Virus record (IMG/VR): IMGVR_UViG_3300048855_000013
Span: 1 to 64,000 of that record
Source of the DNA: a virus
Reading direction: 5' to 3' (one strand)
DNA length: 64,000 nucleotides
Shown in pieces: positions 17,988 to 27,045 of the stretch (within the stretch, counting starts at the first letter, position 1; the number at the start of each line of letters is the position of its first letter). The notes under the pieces were generated by a model. It was not told the origin of the DNA. It worked only from the letters and a program-made list of their open reading frames with translations, and ran no database searches. Made by a program: the position numbers and the translations under genes.

Positions 17988-18139
17988 TACTCTGCCTCCT
18001 CGATTTCGATGCTGACGAAATTGCCAGCCCTAAGTTGCTTAACCGCTTCTCCCGTTTTCAGAAAGACATCGATGGTCACGATGATGTTTGACAATGTACT
18101 GGTCTGTACCAGCTTGCCCTGAATCCAGAGATTCAGCAT
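17987..18139 (-). CDS. hypothetical small protein (50 aa)
   Basis: Tightly coupled ORF (TGATG and TAATG overlaps). Confidence 0.3.
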   Translation of the reverse strand: MLNLWIQGKLVQTSTLSNIIVTIDVFLKTGEAVKQLRAGNFVSIEIEEAE

Positions 18140-18639
18140 CAGTCCTCACCTTCTCCGTAGAATCCGCTGTACTTCTTGACCTGATTGCCGCCCCAGAGCC
18201 TGTCGTAGCGCTCGCTAGCCACGAATCCGTGCATGAGTTCCCACTCCCACATGGCGAACTCAGCAAGTCCCGTGTTGTGCCGACCCTTGAGTCGATCCGA
18301 AGGGTACCCGAATTTGCCGTCACTGAATGCGTTCTCGATTGCTCGATCTACGTCGAATTCGAGGTCGTACTCCCCCTTGTGTCCCGAATCGAAAGGCTCC
18401 TGGGGAAGGTCAGTGCTCAAATTGAACATATAGTCCTCCGGCACAATGATGGGTTGGAACTTCGGGGTAGCTACGCCACTCTGAGTGAACACGATGTACG
18501 TACCACCAGACACCGGAGTCGCGCTGAGAACCGGAGCGTACCAATCGTACGCCCATGCCCGGTTTTGATCGGATAAACCGGGAACTCCCAGCAATTCGAT
18601 GACATGACCCACCTTGAGGTCAGCTGCACGGATGGGCAT
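18139..18639 (-). CDS. hypothetical protein
   Basis: ORF. Confidence 0.45.
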   Translation of the reverse strand: MPIRAADLKVGHVIELLGVPGLSDQNRAWAYDWYAPVLSATPVSGGTYIVFTQSGVATPKFQPIIVPEDYMFNLSTDLPQEPFDSGHKGEYDLEFDVDRAIENAFSDGKFGYPSDRLKGRHNTGLAEFAMWEWELMHGFVASERYDRLWGGNQVKKYSGFYGEGED

Positions 18640-18642
18640 CAG

Positions 18643-19062
18643 TTACAGACGCCCCTCAATGCGGTCAGCCGTACGGTGAGCATCTTTCAGGGCATTGCCC
18701 CACGTATCTCCCGCGTCCTGTACATGCTGTGCTGTACGCAGGATTTCGATGGCCTCATGGTCTTCGAATTCGAAGCCATCCTGTCCCAGAATCTCCTGCA
18801 CCGCTTCGGCAGTCACGGAGAATCCTCCCCCGCTGTAGCTCGTGCCCTGGTCCATCAGGCCGATGGCTTCGTGGCTCACTCCCAGCTTGTCGAAGACAAC
18901 TCCCACGATGCATCCCGGTTTGTCCTCTACGAGATAGAGGCAGCCTCCCAAATAGTGGTTGGGCAGGTTTTGCTGGTAGACGTAATCCTCTCCCCGCTCT
19001 TCGACTGCCGCTTCCAGCAAGTCGAGCACGATGGATGTGGTGATGAGTTTGGTCATTGTCAT
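18643..19062 (-). CDS. hypothetical protein
   Basis: ORF. Confidence 0.45.
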   Translation of the reverse strand: MTMTKLITTSIVLDLLEAAVEERGEDYVYQQNLPNHYLGGCLYLVEDKPGCIVGVVFDKLGVSHEAIGLMDQGTSYSGGGFSVTAEAVQEILGQDGFEFEDHEAIEILRTAQHVQDAGDTWGNALKDAHRTADRIEGRL

Positions 19063-19460
19063 ACCTCCTGGTATTCCGACGCCGGGGCGTCAAGTATCTC
19101 TACATTGTCTGTGGTGTGGAACAAATCAAGCGTTGCTCCCCATGAACGTGTGTGGTGTCCAAATACTATCCACACTTGTCCCATCGTGTCAACAACTTTA
19201 TTGGCACGACGTTTCCGCTGGTCGTACCCGGCTGCATAGCCAAGCATGTAGGCGTCACGGTAGAACTCTACCGAATCGTGGTCAGGCGTCGCTGCCTGAC
19301 CGTTCAATCCGGCGTGATGTCCCAGCTTGTATTGGATCGTCTTCTCCGGCGCTTGCACAATGGTCACAGCACCTACCGGAGCACCCTGCAACATTTGATG
19401 CATGCTCACGAGAAAAGCACCTCCTCTTGCTGCATGTAGGCCACCATATCGCTGTACCAT
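19059..19460 (-). CDS. hypothetical protein
   Basis: ORF. Confidence 0.4.
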   Translation of the reverse strand: MVQRYGGLHAARGGAFLVSMHQMLQGAPVGAVTIVQAPEKTIQYKLGHHAGLNGQAATPDHDSVEFYRDAYMLGYAAGYDQRKRRANKVVDTMGQVWIVFGHHTRSWGATLDLFHTTDNVEILDAPASEYQEV

Positions 19461-19472
19461 CTCCAGAACATC

Positions 19473-19700
19473 TCAGTACCCTCCTTGGGTGCAGTAGTCA
19501 TTTGCGTGGTCACATCCGGCATGTCCGTACCGATATGAGTTGTTATGAGCTTCCCGCTTTTCGGGAGTATCGAGCATCCTTGCCCAGTCCTCCCGCATCC
19601 ACTCGTGGAAGGCATCTTGACTTTCAAATCCGTTGTACATGACGTTTACTCCCAGCATTCTATCAGATTGAGTGATGCTCACTAAACTACCACTTTCCAT
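19473..19700 (-). CDS. hypothetical protein (first gene downstream of the 19.7 kb regulatory region)
   Basis: ORF. The start sits inside an inverted repeat. Confidence 0.4.
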   Translation of the reverse strand: MESGSLVSITQSDRMLGVNVMYNGFESQDAFHEWMREDWARMLDTPEKREAHNNSYRYGHAGCDHANDYCTQGGY

Positions 19701-19795
19701 GTATTTGTGCTAGGCGGCAAGTATGTCGTGCCTAGTACAAATACATCGAAATTGGTGGCTACAGATGTTGAATTGAGGCGAGATTTGGGCGAAAT

Positions 19796-19936
19796 GGTAC
19801 GTTATCCCTCCTTTTTTGTCCCAAATCTGACCCCCCTCTTATAAAAGAATATATAATATATAGATAATTCATACCTTTATATCACTATTCTAAGAGGGGG
19901 GTCAAAATCGACCCTTTTTGGTAGGGATAACGTACC
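19796..19936. promoter_or_regulatory. AT-rich palindromic region. Two 14-bp inverted-repeat pairs (GGTACGTTATCCCT/AGGGATAACGTACC and TGACCCCCCTCTTA/TAAGAGGGGGGTCA) flank a 49-bp AT-rich core that contains TATAAT-like elements.
   Basis: Read directly. Candidate origin or divergent regulatory element. Confidence 0.45.
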
Positions 19937-20145
19937 ACTTTTTCAAAACCCCATATTGACTTATACTCAGGACTTGATAGAAAGTTAGGGCTACCTAACC
20001 TCCCGATTGGCCTGCACCTTGATGGAGTGGAGAACCTTCTCCACACTCCGCTCAGCAAAGACCTCCCGAGTTTCGGTGGAACCTTTGGTAGCTCGACGGG
20101 CTGACTTGATGGCCTGTCGGGCTCCCTTACTGATCCGAATCCCGC

Positions 20146-20505
20146 TCACAGCACGATCACCTCCCGCTTTGCGTTGTCGTAGATTGCGATTTGCTTGTGG
20201 TAGTCCCCGAGTTCGATAGCTCTGGCTCGGCTACCAATGTTCATGGTCAGGTCGATGAAGAGCATTCCTTCGAATTTCCAGCTACCAAGGTAGTAGGTTT
20301 CAAGGTTGTCCTTGTTCTGCTCCATCCACTCCCAGAGTTCATCGATGGTCAGACTGTACCGAATCAAGGTGTCCCGAGTTGACACCATATAGCCGGTAGT
20401 GAGTTCCATCTGGTAGAACTCGATGTTACCGTGACTGTCCCACTGAACATCGAACGTCCCACCTTCGATGGTGGTGACGTAGTTCACGAACTCCCGGATG
20501 TTCAT
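20146..20505 (-). CDS. hypothetical protein
   Basis: ATG at 20505 with GGAGAGG RBS. Confidence 0.45.
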   Translation of the reverse strand: MNIREFVNYVTTIEGGTFDVQWDSHGNIEFYQMELTTGYMVSTRDTLIRYSLTIDELWEWMEQNKDNLETYYLGSWKFEGMLFIDLTMNIGSRARAIELGDYHKQIAIYDNAKREVIVL

Positions 20506-20663
20506 GCCACTACCTCTCCTGAGACTGAGTTGATGAACCGCCACCGGTAGCTGGTCTGGTTCTGCAATTGCAGTTCCGTGGCCCTCCGCTTAGCCAGCTT
20601 GAGATTGAACGCTTCTGCCAGAGTCACCCAGTTGAATCCGTTCCAAACTTGAGCCCAAATCAT
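20502..20663 (-). CDS. hypothetical small protein (53 aa)
   Basis: AGGGAGTAATC RBS. ATGA coupling. Confidence 0.35.
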   Translation of the reverse strand: MIWAQVWNGFNWVTLAEAFNLKLAKRRATELQLQNQTSYRWRFINSVSGEVVA

Positions 20664-20775
20664 GATTACTCCCTAGTTGATGATCGTGTTGACGATGCTA
20701 CTGATAGCAGCGAAGAACTGCCATGTCAGAAACGCTACCACAATTATGGCAACGACTACCAGAACTTTGTCAGTC

Positions 20776-21069
20776 CTAGTTGGCATAGTAAACCGTGCCG
20801 TTCAGGACCACGAATGACTGACCCTGCCCGTTACCCATGTTCGCTGCATCCCAGTAGCAGTTTTCGGTCGAATCTTCGGTACTGCAAGCCGGTAGCTGGT
20901 ACACAGGGTAATCCTGTGCAGGTTCGATGATGGGTGCCGGTTCCGTCACTGGCTCGACAATGGGTGCCGGTGCAGGTACCTGCTCATCCGGGATACATGC
21001 TGCCATCCCGAACACTGCCGATACACCCATAGCCGCCCCTGCAAGGGTAGCGATAATTGTCTTCTTCAC
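20776..21069 (-). CDS. secreted protein or lipoprotein
   Basis: Signal peptide MKKTIIATLAGAAMGVSAVFGMAAC followed by a Pro/Ala-rich repeat. Confidence 0.5.
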   Translation of the reverse strand: MKKTIIATLAGAAMGVSAVFGMAACIPDEQVPAPAPIVEPVTEPAPIIEPAQDYPVYQLPACSTEDSTENCYWDAANMGNGQGQSFVVLNGTVYYAN

Positions 21070-21947
21070 TGTGCTCTCCTATCTAGTGGATGACTGGCAT
21101 CCGACACCTAAGGTATACCCACCTAGGTACCGGATACCACACAACCCTATATAGCAGCCTAGTGTTTCTAGTGCCCTATGAGCGCTCGCCCTCGTGTTCA
21201 TCGTGTGTGATTGGCTTTTCAGCTATCATGGGTGCTGTGTTGTATGTGTAGCATGTGTGTCTATGACAGTGACAATGCATTTGTATGCAGCTTGTGTGAG
21301 TCGAAGCTCACTTGCCCATGTAGCCGAAAGTCAAATCTTTGTTTGTTCGGCCTGTTCTCTGTGTAGTTAGTGGCGAGTCGCACGCCGCAGCTGTTAGTGA
21401 CCTGCACTAGGGGATTTCGTCCGGCGAGCCTATGTGTATAGGCCATTCCGCCCTAGCGGGGTAGCTGTGTTCCTGTTGTTGGTATCAACTTAGCATGTGT
21501 GTTTCTGTGTGTCAAGTCTAAATGTTTGTGTGTCTAGGTGACTGGGCAGAGCCCCTTAGGGGATGTCCTACAGCAGAGATACACATAGAGACTATGACAC
21601 TCACACACGCTATGTAGTTGATATAGATACATACAAGCACAATCACAATGGATATGCAAGCGGTGTAGCTGCCTGCGTTTCGTGTGTCTGTGTTGCTATA
21701 TGTATAGCTAATCACACTGGGGTAGGAATCGCAAGCTTTTTCTTTGAAGCTGTGAATTTGATTTCAATGTTGACTTTTCAGTTGCGAAAGATTTCCACAT
21801 GCTGTACTATGCAACGACAGCGGAGTCGATTCTACTCATGTGTGTATTTGCCCACTTTCCTACATGAGTGCGAATACCCACATTTCGCTGGCTGGAAATT
21901 TGCTGGGTGATTTCTCACGCATGGACTTCTTCTGCTAGACTGCATGC
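21070..21947. repeat. Roughly 900 bp non-coding region with degenerate repeats (CATGTGTGT, TGTGTGTCT, CTATGACA, AGGGGAT). The ORFs listed here look spurious.
   Basis: Read directly. No plausible CDS. Lies at the strand-switch between the left and right arms. Confidence 0.4.
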
Positions 21948-22075
21948 ATGAGAGAATATATTGGTGATCGCCTACGCGCTCGGGCACAGTACGCTGGACC
22001 GGAGCTAGCAGAATTGCTGCTCGATGCCGCAGATGCTGTTGACTGGCTAAACGAAGTGATTGAGGAGTTGCGACT

Positions 22076-22218
22076 ATGACAGACTATAAGCTAGAGAACG
22101 AAATCAGGCGCACGCTTATGGCTGCTGGCCTGGAGCCCAATGAGGGCAACGTGAATATCGTGCTCGCACTGATGAGCCAGGGCTTCTTCAATTACCCTAC
22201 TGAGGGGGCGATAGATTC
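22076..22218 (+). CDS. hypothetical small protein (47 aa)
   Basis: GAGGAG RBS 9 nt upstream. Overlaps a 43-aa ORF (21948..22079) via ATGA. Confidence 0.3.
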
Positions 22219-22268
22219 GTGAGCTATAACTTCTAGCTGAGAAAACGCACTGAAAGTAATACTAGAGC

Positions 22269-22297
22269 TTGACAACATGCGCGCACGCATGTAAACT
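22269..22297 (+). promoter_or_regulatory. sigma70-like promoter TTGACA-N17-TAAACT. A near-palindrome ACATGCG...CGCATGT sits in the spacer.
   Basis: Read directly. Followed by GGAGGAGG and the ATG at 22328. Confidence 0.45.
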
Positions 22298-22327
22298 AAG
22301 AACATCAGTTCGGAGGAGGAATAGATT

Positions 22328-22513
22328 ATGAAGACAACACTAGCGGTAACGAACTACAACGACGAGGTGATCGCGAAGTTCGATGACGTGGACGCGGTGG
22401 AGATTCAGAACGGCGGAGTGCTCGCGGTACTGACTTCTTACAACGGCAAGCCGCGCGCGGACTACTTCGCCCCTAACACCTGGGATCGTGCACATGCGAA
22501 AGAGGCCGAGTGA
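22328..22513 (+). CDS. hypothetical protein
   Basis: Strong RBS. Confidence 0.5.
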   Translation: MKTTLAVTNYNDEVIAKFDDVDAVEIQNGGVLAVLTSYNGKPRADYFAPNTWDRAHAKEAE

Positions 22514-22776
22514 TGCAGACACTAGAGCAGACACTTCTGGATGCAGGAGTGCGGGAAGCGGATGTAGAGAGCATCGCTCGACAGGTCCGTCAGTCGGACT
22601 GGCTGGACTATGTTACCCAGATTGCCCGTGACGAGGGTGAAGAGTATGGCTACGAAATCGGGTACGACAGCGGTTTCGATACTGGCGAGAGCCAGGGTTA
22701 CTACACTGGCTATCGCGATGGTCAGTCCGATGGGCGCGAAGAGGGCTACAACGACGCAATGGAGGAACGCGACTAA
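22510..22776 (+). CDS. hypothetical protein (Gly/Tyr/Asp-rich C-terminus)
   Basis: ORF. Confidence 0.45.
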   Translation: MMQTLEQTLLDAGVREADVESIARQVRQSDWLDYVTQIARDEGEEYGYEIGYDSGFDTGESQGYYTGYRDGQSDGREEGYNDAMEERD

Positions 22777-23177
22777 TGGGAACGACTTACGCAACGACAG
22801 TGAGCTTCGGCTCGGTCATCCCGGATAAGGCCATCGAAGCCTTCAACGCGAAGCAGGCTGACCTGGAGGAGGCTGGTGAGGACTACTATGAGGACATCAC
22901 AGACTTCTTCTGGGAGGCTGCAAGCGCCAGTAAGTACCCGCTGCTGGAAATTGAGCAGAGCGGCAATTACAACTGGGACGAGCGGGACTACGCGGTCACC
23001 TTCAAGGGCAAGAGCAAGACGGTCTACGACCTTACCTTTGTAAGGGGTTTGGATTCCCTCGCTCTCTACGAGGATGAATACGACGACTTCGTTATCCAGC
23101 TGAACAGCTTCTTCCTCGATGTACTGGCAATCGATCCTGTGCAGCCTGAGTGGCTCGTTGGAACGACGGTGGGCTGA
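22776..23177 (+). CDS. hypothetical protein
   Basis: ORF. Confidence 0.45.
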   Translation: MGTTYATTVSFGSVIPDKAIEAFNAKQADLEEAGEDYYEDITDFFWEAASASKYPLLEIEQSGNYNWDERDYAVTFKGKSKTVYDLTFVRGLDSLALYEDEYDDFVIQLNSFFLDVLAIDPVQPEWLVGTTVG

Positions 23178-23563
23178 TGAGCGATTACGTCAAGGTAACA
23201 GCTAAGCACAAGGACGGCAAGCAGTACCTGGAGGGATACACTCATTCGGCTGATCTAATCAATCATGCCCCGCTCGTTTTCTGGAGCGATGCAAATGCCG
23301 ATGTGGTTTCTGTTTTCATCTATGCTCAGAACCGCGAGGACTGGACCATCGAGAAGGTAGAGCCAACCTCCACAGAAATTGTGCACCGGCTCAAGCCAGG
23401 CAGTGTCTTCGAGGAGTGGGGCAAGAGCAGTCACTCCTACAACAACACATGGTTCGTGCAGAATAATGACAAGATCATCGATCTGGATGGTAACATGATT
23501 CGTCGGCACGCTACTGACACTTGGGACAACTATATCATCGTGATCAAGGAAGAGGTGCTCTAA
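23177..23563 (+). CDS. hypothetical protein
   Basis: ATG overlaps the upstream TGA. Confidence 0.45.
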   Translation: MSDYVKVTAKHKDGKQYLEGYTHSADLINHAPLVFWSDANADVVSVFIYAQNREDWTIEKVEPTSTEIVHRLKPGSVFEEWGKSSHSYNNTWFVQNNDKIIDLDGNMIRRHATDTWDNYIIVIKEEVL

Positions 23564-23565
23564 TT

Positions 23566-23736
23566 GGGAAACAAGGCACGATCACCCTTATGGTTTCCCA
23601 AGATGAAGGTGCGAGGAGCGGGACGACGTAACCGCGCGAGATGGGATCGAGCAGCACGGGCATTCATGCTCGCAGGGCAGGGCGTAGAGCGTAGTGCCTA
23701 CTCGATGGACAATCTAGTCAAGATTCTAGGAGGTAA
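23566..23736 (+). CDS. hypothetical small Arg-rich protein (TTG start)
   Basis: AAGAGGTG RBS then TTG. TGATG overlap with the next gene. Confidence 0.3.
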
Positions 23737-23739
23737 TTG

Positions 23740-24054
23740 ATGGGCTACTACTCAACGTTCAAGATTACTCTGAAAGATGAGAGCTTCTCTGATGCGTTCA
23801 TCCTGGCGCTCACTGAGCTAGAGGCGGTCAAGGGTTACGCACAATACCTGGAGTCGGGTTACAGCACAACATTCACGATGGGGGAGGGTACCAAGTGGTA
23901 TGACTTCAATCGTGACATGGACGCGGTGGCTGCGGCTCTGCCTCAGGTGGACTTCGACACGGAGCGGCTGGGTGAAGATGGAGAGGGCGAGCGCCGGTAT
24001 TACCGAAATGGCATCGTAACACACGAGCAAAAGAGAAGCTGGGGGACTGTCTGA
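23740..24054 (+). CDS. hypothetical protein
   Basis: RBS TAGGAGG. Confidence 0.45.
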   Translation: MGYYSTFKITLKDESFSDAFILALTELEAVKGYAQYLESGYSTTFTMGEGTKWYDFNRDMDAVAAALPQVDFDTERLGEDGEGERRYYRNGIVTHEQKRSWGTV

Positions 24055-24386
24055 TGGGAATACACCCAACGACATATGTGGGATTCGGTGCGCTGCTGAG
24101 CTATGAAAAGCTCCGTGTAACCAACGAGAATCTCTGGGATGACATCGAGAAGCTATATGAGACACATCCTAACGTGGAGGTCTTCACGGGAGAGGGCGAT
24201 CCGGTCTTCGTGACCTATGATGGTCACTACTTCCAGACGGACTACTACACCGAGAGCGGAGCGTTCGAGGTCAACAACATCACCGGCAGCACACGTCAGG
24301 TAGCCGATGAGCTACGATCTGCCGTCCGTGCCATTGGTGGAGGAGAGCCAATGCTCAAGACCTACTACGCAGTGATCTGGAGCTAG
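24054..24386 (+). CDS. hypothetical protein
   Basis: ORF. Confidence 0.45.
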   Translation: MGIHPTTYVGFGALLSYEKLRVTNENLWDDIEKLYETHPNVEVFTGEGDPVFVTYDGHYFQTDYYTESGAFEVNNITGSTRQVADELRSAVRAIGGGEPMLKTYYAVIWS

Positions 24387-24387
24387 C

Positions 24388-24603
24388 ATGCCCAACAACA
24401 CAGGCGGGGCATCTACGTTCTTCCGTGTGCGATATATTGATCGAGGCGACGAAGAGCGCTTCGTCGGTCCCTATGCACAGCTGGGATGGGCTAGACGGGC
24501 TGTCGAAGACCTTCAGATTCCTGTGTCCTACAGGGCACGTCCCAAGGAAATCAAGATTCAGAAGCTCACGGGCGAATGGGAAGACGTAGAGGAAATTGAG
24601 TAG
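24388..24603 (+). CDS. hypothetical protein
   Basis: ORF. Confidence 0.45.
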   Translation: MPNNTGGASTFFRVRYIDRGDEERFVGPYAQLGWARRAVEDLQIPVSYRARPKEIKIQKLTGEWEDVEEIE

Positions 24604-24761
24604 CATCACCAACTTGAGCTTGCAACAGTATCTCGATGCTCATCAGCGCTTGGTAGATATCCTGGATGAGAGCTACAACGACGAACAGCGAGCAGAGAAC
24701 CTGCTCAAAAAGGGAATGATCGATTTGAGGAGCCCCTTTTTCAACAACATAGGAGGAAACA

Positions 24762-25058
24762 ATGACTGACGATTCAACTGAGGTTGTCAAAGAACAACAG
24801 GAGTTCACTATCGCGTGGGGTGCGCCGCTAGGAGGTCTGTTCCCCTTCTCGCTATCGAGTCTGCCAGCCGCTCTGGACAAGGCCCGTAGCCTTGTGGAAG
24901 AACTCAAGAACACTTACGGCTTCGAGTCTGTGCCTTACAGCATCCTGACGCGTCGTAGCGTCCTTACACGCACGGGATGGGCAAATGCCTATGGGCTTGA
25001 TCCTGACGCCCCAGAAGAGCCCACAGAGGCTCCTGAGGAGGTTCCTGATGAGCTTTGA
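24762..25058 (+). CDS. hypothetical protein
   Basis: RBS AGGAGGAAAC. Confidence 0.45.
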   Translation: MTDDSTEVVKEQQEFTIAWGAPLGGLFPFSLSSLPAALDKARSLVEELKNTYGFESVPYSILTRRSVLTRTGWANAYGLDPDAPEEPTEAPEEVPDEL

Positions 25059-25299
25059 GGTCACTGATTTGCTCGGAAAGCCGATTGCGAAGGGCGATAC
25101 CATCGCTGCGGCCTTCCGAACAGGCAATAAGGCCGAACTTCGCGTTGGAACTGTCATGGGATTCGGTGAGAGGGGCAATAACGTCACTGTCGCGGTCTGG
25201 TGGTACAAATCGAGCGGTTTTGGGCGGAATTCTGCCGATATCGACATCAATGGGGCTATTGAAGCCGATTTGCACCGATTTATCCGTCTGGAGGCGTGA
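25048..25299 (+). CDS. hypothetical protein
   Basis: ATG at 25048 with GAGGAGG RBS. Confidence 0.4.
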   Translation: MSFEVTDLLGKPIAKGDTIAAAFRTGNKAELRVGTVMGFGERGNNVTVAVWWYKSSGFGRNSADIDINGAIEADLHRFIRLEA

Positions 25300-25452
25300 T
25301 TTTGCCGATTTCACTCGAATTTGACGAAAATCCGTTCGTTTTGGTCGTTTTCGACCGAAAAACGCATGAAATGGTGCTAGACTATAACATTGGCGAAGAA
25401 GAGGCCGAATTGCTTGTACGGCAGGCTGCTATGGCCTTTGTGAAGGAGCAAA

Positions 25453-25695
25453 ATGGATCGGGAGATTAGAGATGTGATCATTGGAACCAGTGTGATGCTC
25501 TTCGGAGCATTTGCTCCACTCACGGTGGTTACTTTGCTCGGAATTCAGGTCTGGATCGGCCTTTTGCTCGCCGTTATCGTCACCGGAGTCGGTGTATGGA
25601 TGGTGGTAGACGCCTTTTTGCGCTATCGCTGGGTAGAGTTCAAGGAATTTGCACGGACTGCCATTGATGTATTTATGCCTAAGGGGGCCAATTGA
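25453..25695 (+). CDS. small membrane protein (2 TM)
   Basis: Hydrophobic helices. Confidence 0.45.
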   Translation: MDREIRDVIIGTSVMLFGAFAPLTVVTLLGIQVWIGLLLAVIVTGVGVWMVVDAFLRYRWVEFKEFARTAIDVFMPKGAN

Positions 25696-26249
25696 CAACT
25701 ATCGTCGCAGCTGAAATTGACGGTGAAGTGGTATGGGCTTGGGATTCCCAAGTGACGATGGGCGGCGAAGGCTCGGAACTGGAGTATGACAAGGTGTTCC
25801 ACAACGGCAGTGTCGTTGTGGGGCTCGCTGGGGCCATTGTGGACTCACAGACCTTCCGCTACACCGATCTTCCCGAGCTTGATACGTGGGATATCGACCG
25901 CTGGGTGACTGAGAAGCTCGCTAAGCGTGTCAAAAAGAAGACCAAGTACCACGGTGCTATCCTCGCGGAGGTTGGTGGCCGTGTCTACATCATCGGTCAG
26001 GAAGGCTCGTGGGTGCGTAACACCTCGGGAATCTATGCCATTGGCTCGGGAGCGGACTACGCTATGGGAGCTATGCTCAGTGGCGCTAGCCCCGGCCAGG
26101 CTGTGCTCGTTGCAGCGCAGCTGGACCTCGGCACAGGGGGCACTATCGTCATGGCGACCTCTAAGGAGATTCGCTCAGGGCATATTGCCTTCGATGAGGA
26201 GGAAGAGCCGAAGAAGGCCAAGAAGAAAAAGAAGGACAAGAAAAAGTGA
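25692..26249 (+). CDS. HslV-like Ntn-hydrolase (proteasome beta-type peptidase) with a C-terminal poly-Lys tail
   Basis: N-terminus MTTIVAAEIDGEVV (compare HslV MTTIVSVRRNGHVV, Thr1 nucleophile), YDKVF lysine, and YAIGSGADYA (compare IAIGSGGPYA). Tail KKAKKKKKDKKK. Confidence 0.6.
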   Translation: MTTIVAAEIDGEVVWAWDSQVTMGGEGSELEYDKVFHNGSVVVGLAGAIVDSQTFRYTDLPELDTWDIDRWVTEKLAKRVKKKTKYHGAILAEVGGRVYIIGQEGSWVRNTSGIYAIGSGADYAMGAMLSGASPGQAVLVAAQLDLGTGGTIVMATSKEIRSGHIAFDEEEEPKKAKKKKKDKKK

Positions 26250-26470
26250 ACGTCGCTATTGAGGTCACGCCTGAGGAAGAAGAGGCGTGGCTGGAGAAGT
26301 ATGCTGACAAGTATCCTGGTTTGGTGATCGTGGATGAGGCAGGTCCGCTGGTGTTCAACATCGAGAAGCAGCGTATCCTGCTTATCGGCAGTTCTGATGA
26401 TCCGATTTCGAGCTTTCCCATCTGGAAAGATGAGGAATTCGAGGACGATCTGCCCCCCTTTCGGGACTAA
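26246..26470 (+). CDS. hypothetical protein
   Basis: ORF. Confidence 0.45.
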   Translation: MNVAIEVTPEEEEAWLEKYADKYPGLVIVDEAGPLVFNIEKQRILLIGSSDDPISSFPIWKDEEFEDDLPPFRD

Positions 26471-26492
26471 CCTGAAAGAATCCTGAGTCGGC

Positions 26493-26521
26493 TTGACAAA
26501 CCACTCAGAAGCTGCAATACT
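26493..26521 (+). promoter_or_regulatory. putative promoter TTGACA-N17-AATACT upstream of the tRNA array
   Basis: Read directly. Confidence 0.35.
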
Positions 26522-26595
26522 TTACTTATTGATCCCAAGGCAGAGCTTTGGCGGCTATGATGAAAACCTTCGCCGTGAGGAAGGTTACCAACTAT

Positions 26596-26667
26596 TCCCC
26601 CGTAGCTCATTGGCAGAGCGGCAGGCCGTTAACCTGCGCGTACTTGGTTCGATCCCAGGCGGGGGAG
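26596..26667 (+). tRNA. tRNA-Asn (anticodon GTT) with unusual C33
   Basis: Manual cloverleaf: acceptor TCCCCCG/CGGGGGA, D GCTC/GAGC, AC GCAGG-CCGTTAA-CCTGC, T CTTGG-TTCGATC-CCAGG. Confidence 0.6.
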
Positions 26668-26732
26668 CGTTTGCTGGTTGCAGAGAAACCAGCTGGTTGT
26701 GGTTGTGAGTGATTCCCTTGTAAACTCTCGAT

Positions 26733-26809
26733 ACCGATTGTGTTCCCGTTGGACGGGAGGCGGCTTCCAAACCCGCTAAGCTATAGGGGTTCGATTCCTC
26801 CAGTCGGTG
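26733..26809 (+). tRNA. tRNA-like. Possible tRNA-Trp (CCA) with an irregular connector and variable region.
   Basis: Acceptor ACCGATT/AGTCGGT, T-arm AGGGG-TTCGATT-CCTCC, loop TTCCAAA. 77 nt. Confidence 0.3.
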
Positions 26810-27045
26810 CGACTTAGTGGCTACTAGTCACCAAAGGAGATGGCAGCGGGGCGCGACCAGTACCCAATAACGGGGCCACTAAGTTTTACTTGACAAAACC
26901 CAGTTCGTCTGGGAGAATGGTTACATGATGTTTGAACTTGATCTACACCTGGCGGCTTACCCCGCTTAGTAGTCGAGCCTACGCAAAATGTAGCCTTTGA
27001 CTCTCAGAGTCGGGGGCATTTTTTATAACTACACAGAGTACACAT

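Noticed and set aside
19406-19627. 73-aa minus-strand ORF overlapping 19473..19700
   Set aside because: The N-terminal two-thirds are S/T/G-rich. The overlapping frame looks like a real protein.
21261-21910. ORFs 21261..21446(-), 21518..21715(-) and 21563..21910(+) in the repeat region
   Set aside because: Cys/His/Tyr/Asn-rich nonsense translations of GTGT/CATA repeats with no RBS. The region is treated as non-coding.
25055-25324. 89-aa ORF overlapping 25048..25299 in another frame
   Set aside because: Ser/Arg/Leu-rich and lacks an RBS. The other frame has a GAGGAGG RBS and plausible composition.
26808-26884. tRNA call for the 9-bp-stem structured element
   Set aside because: No T-loop or anticodon arm could be found. 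It is reported only as a structured spacer.
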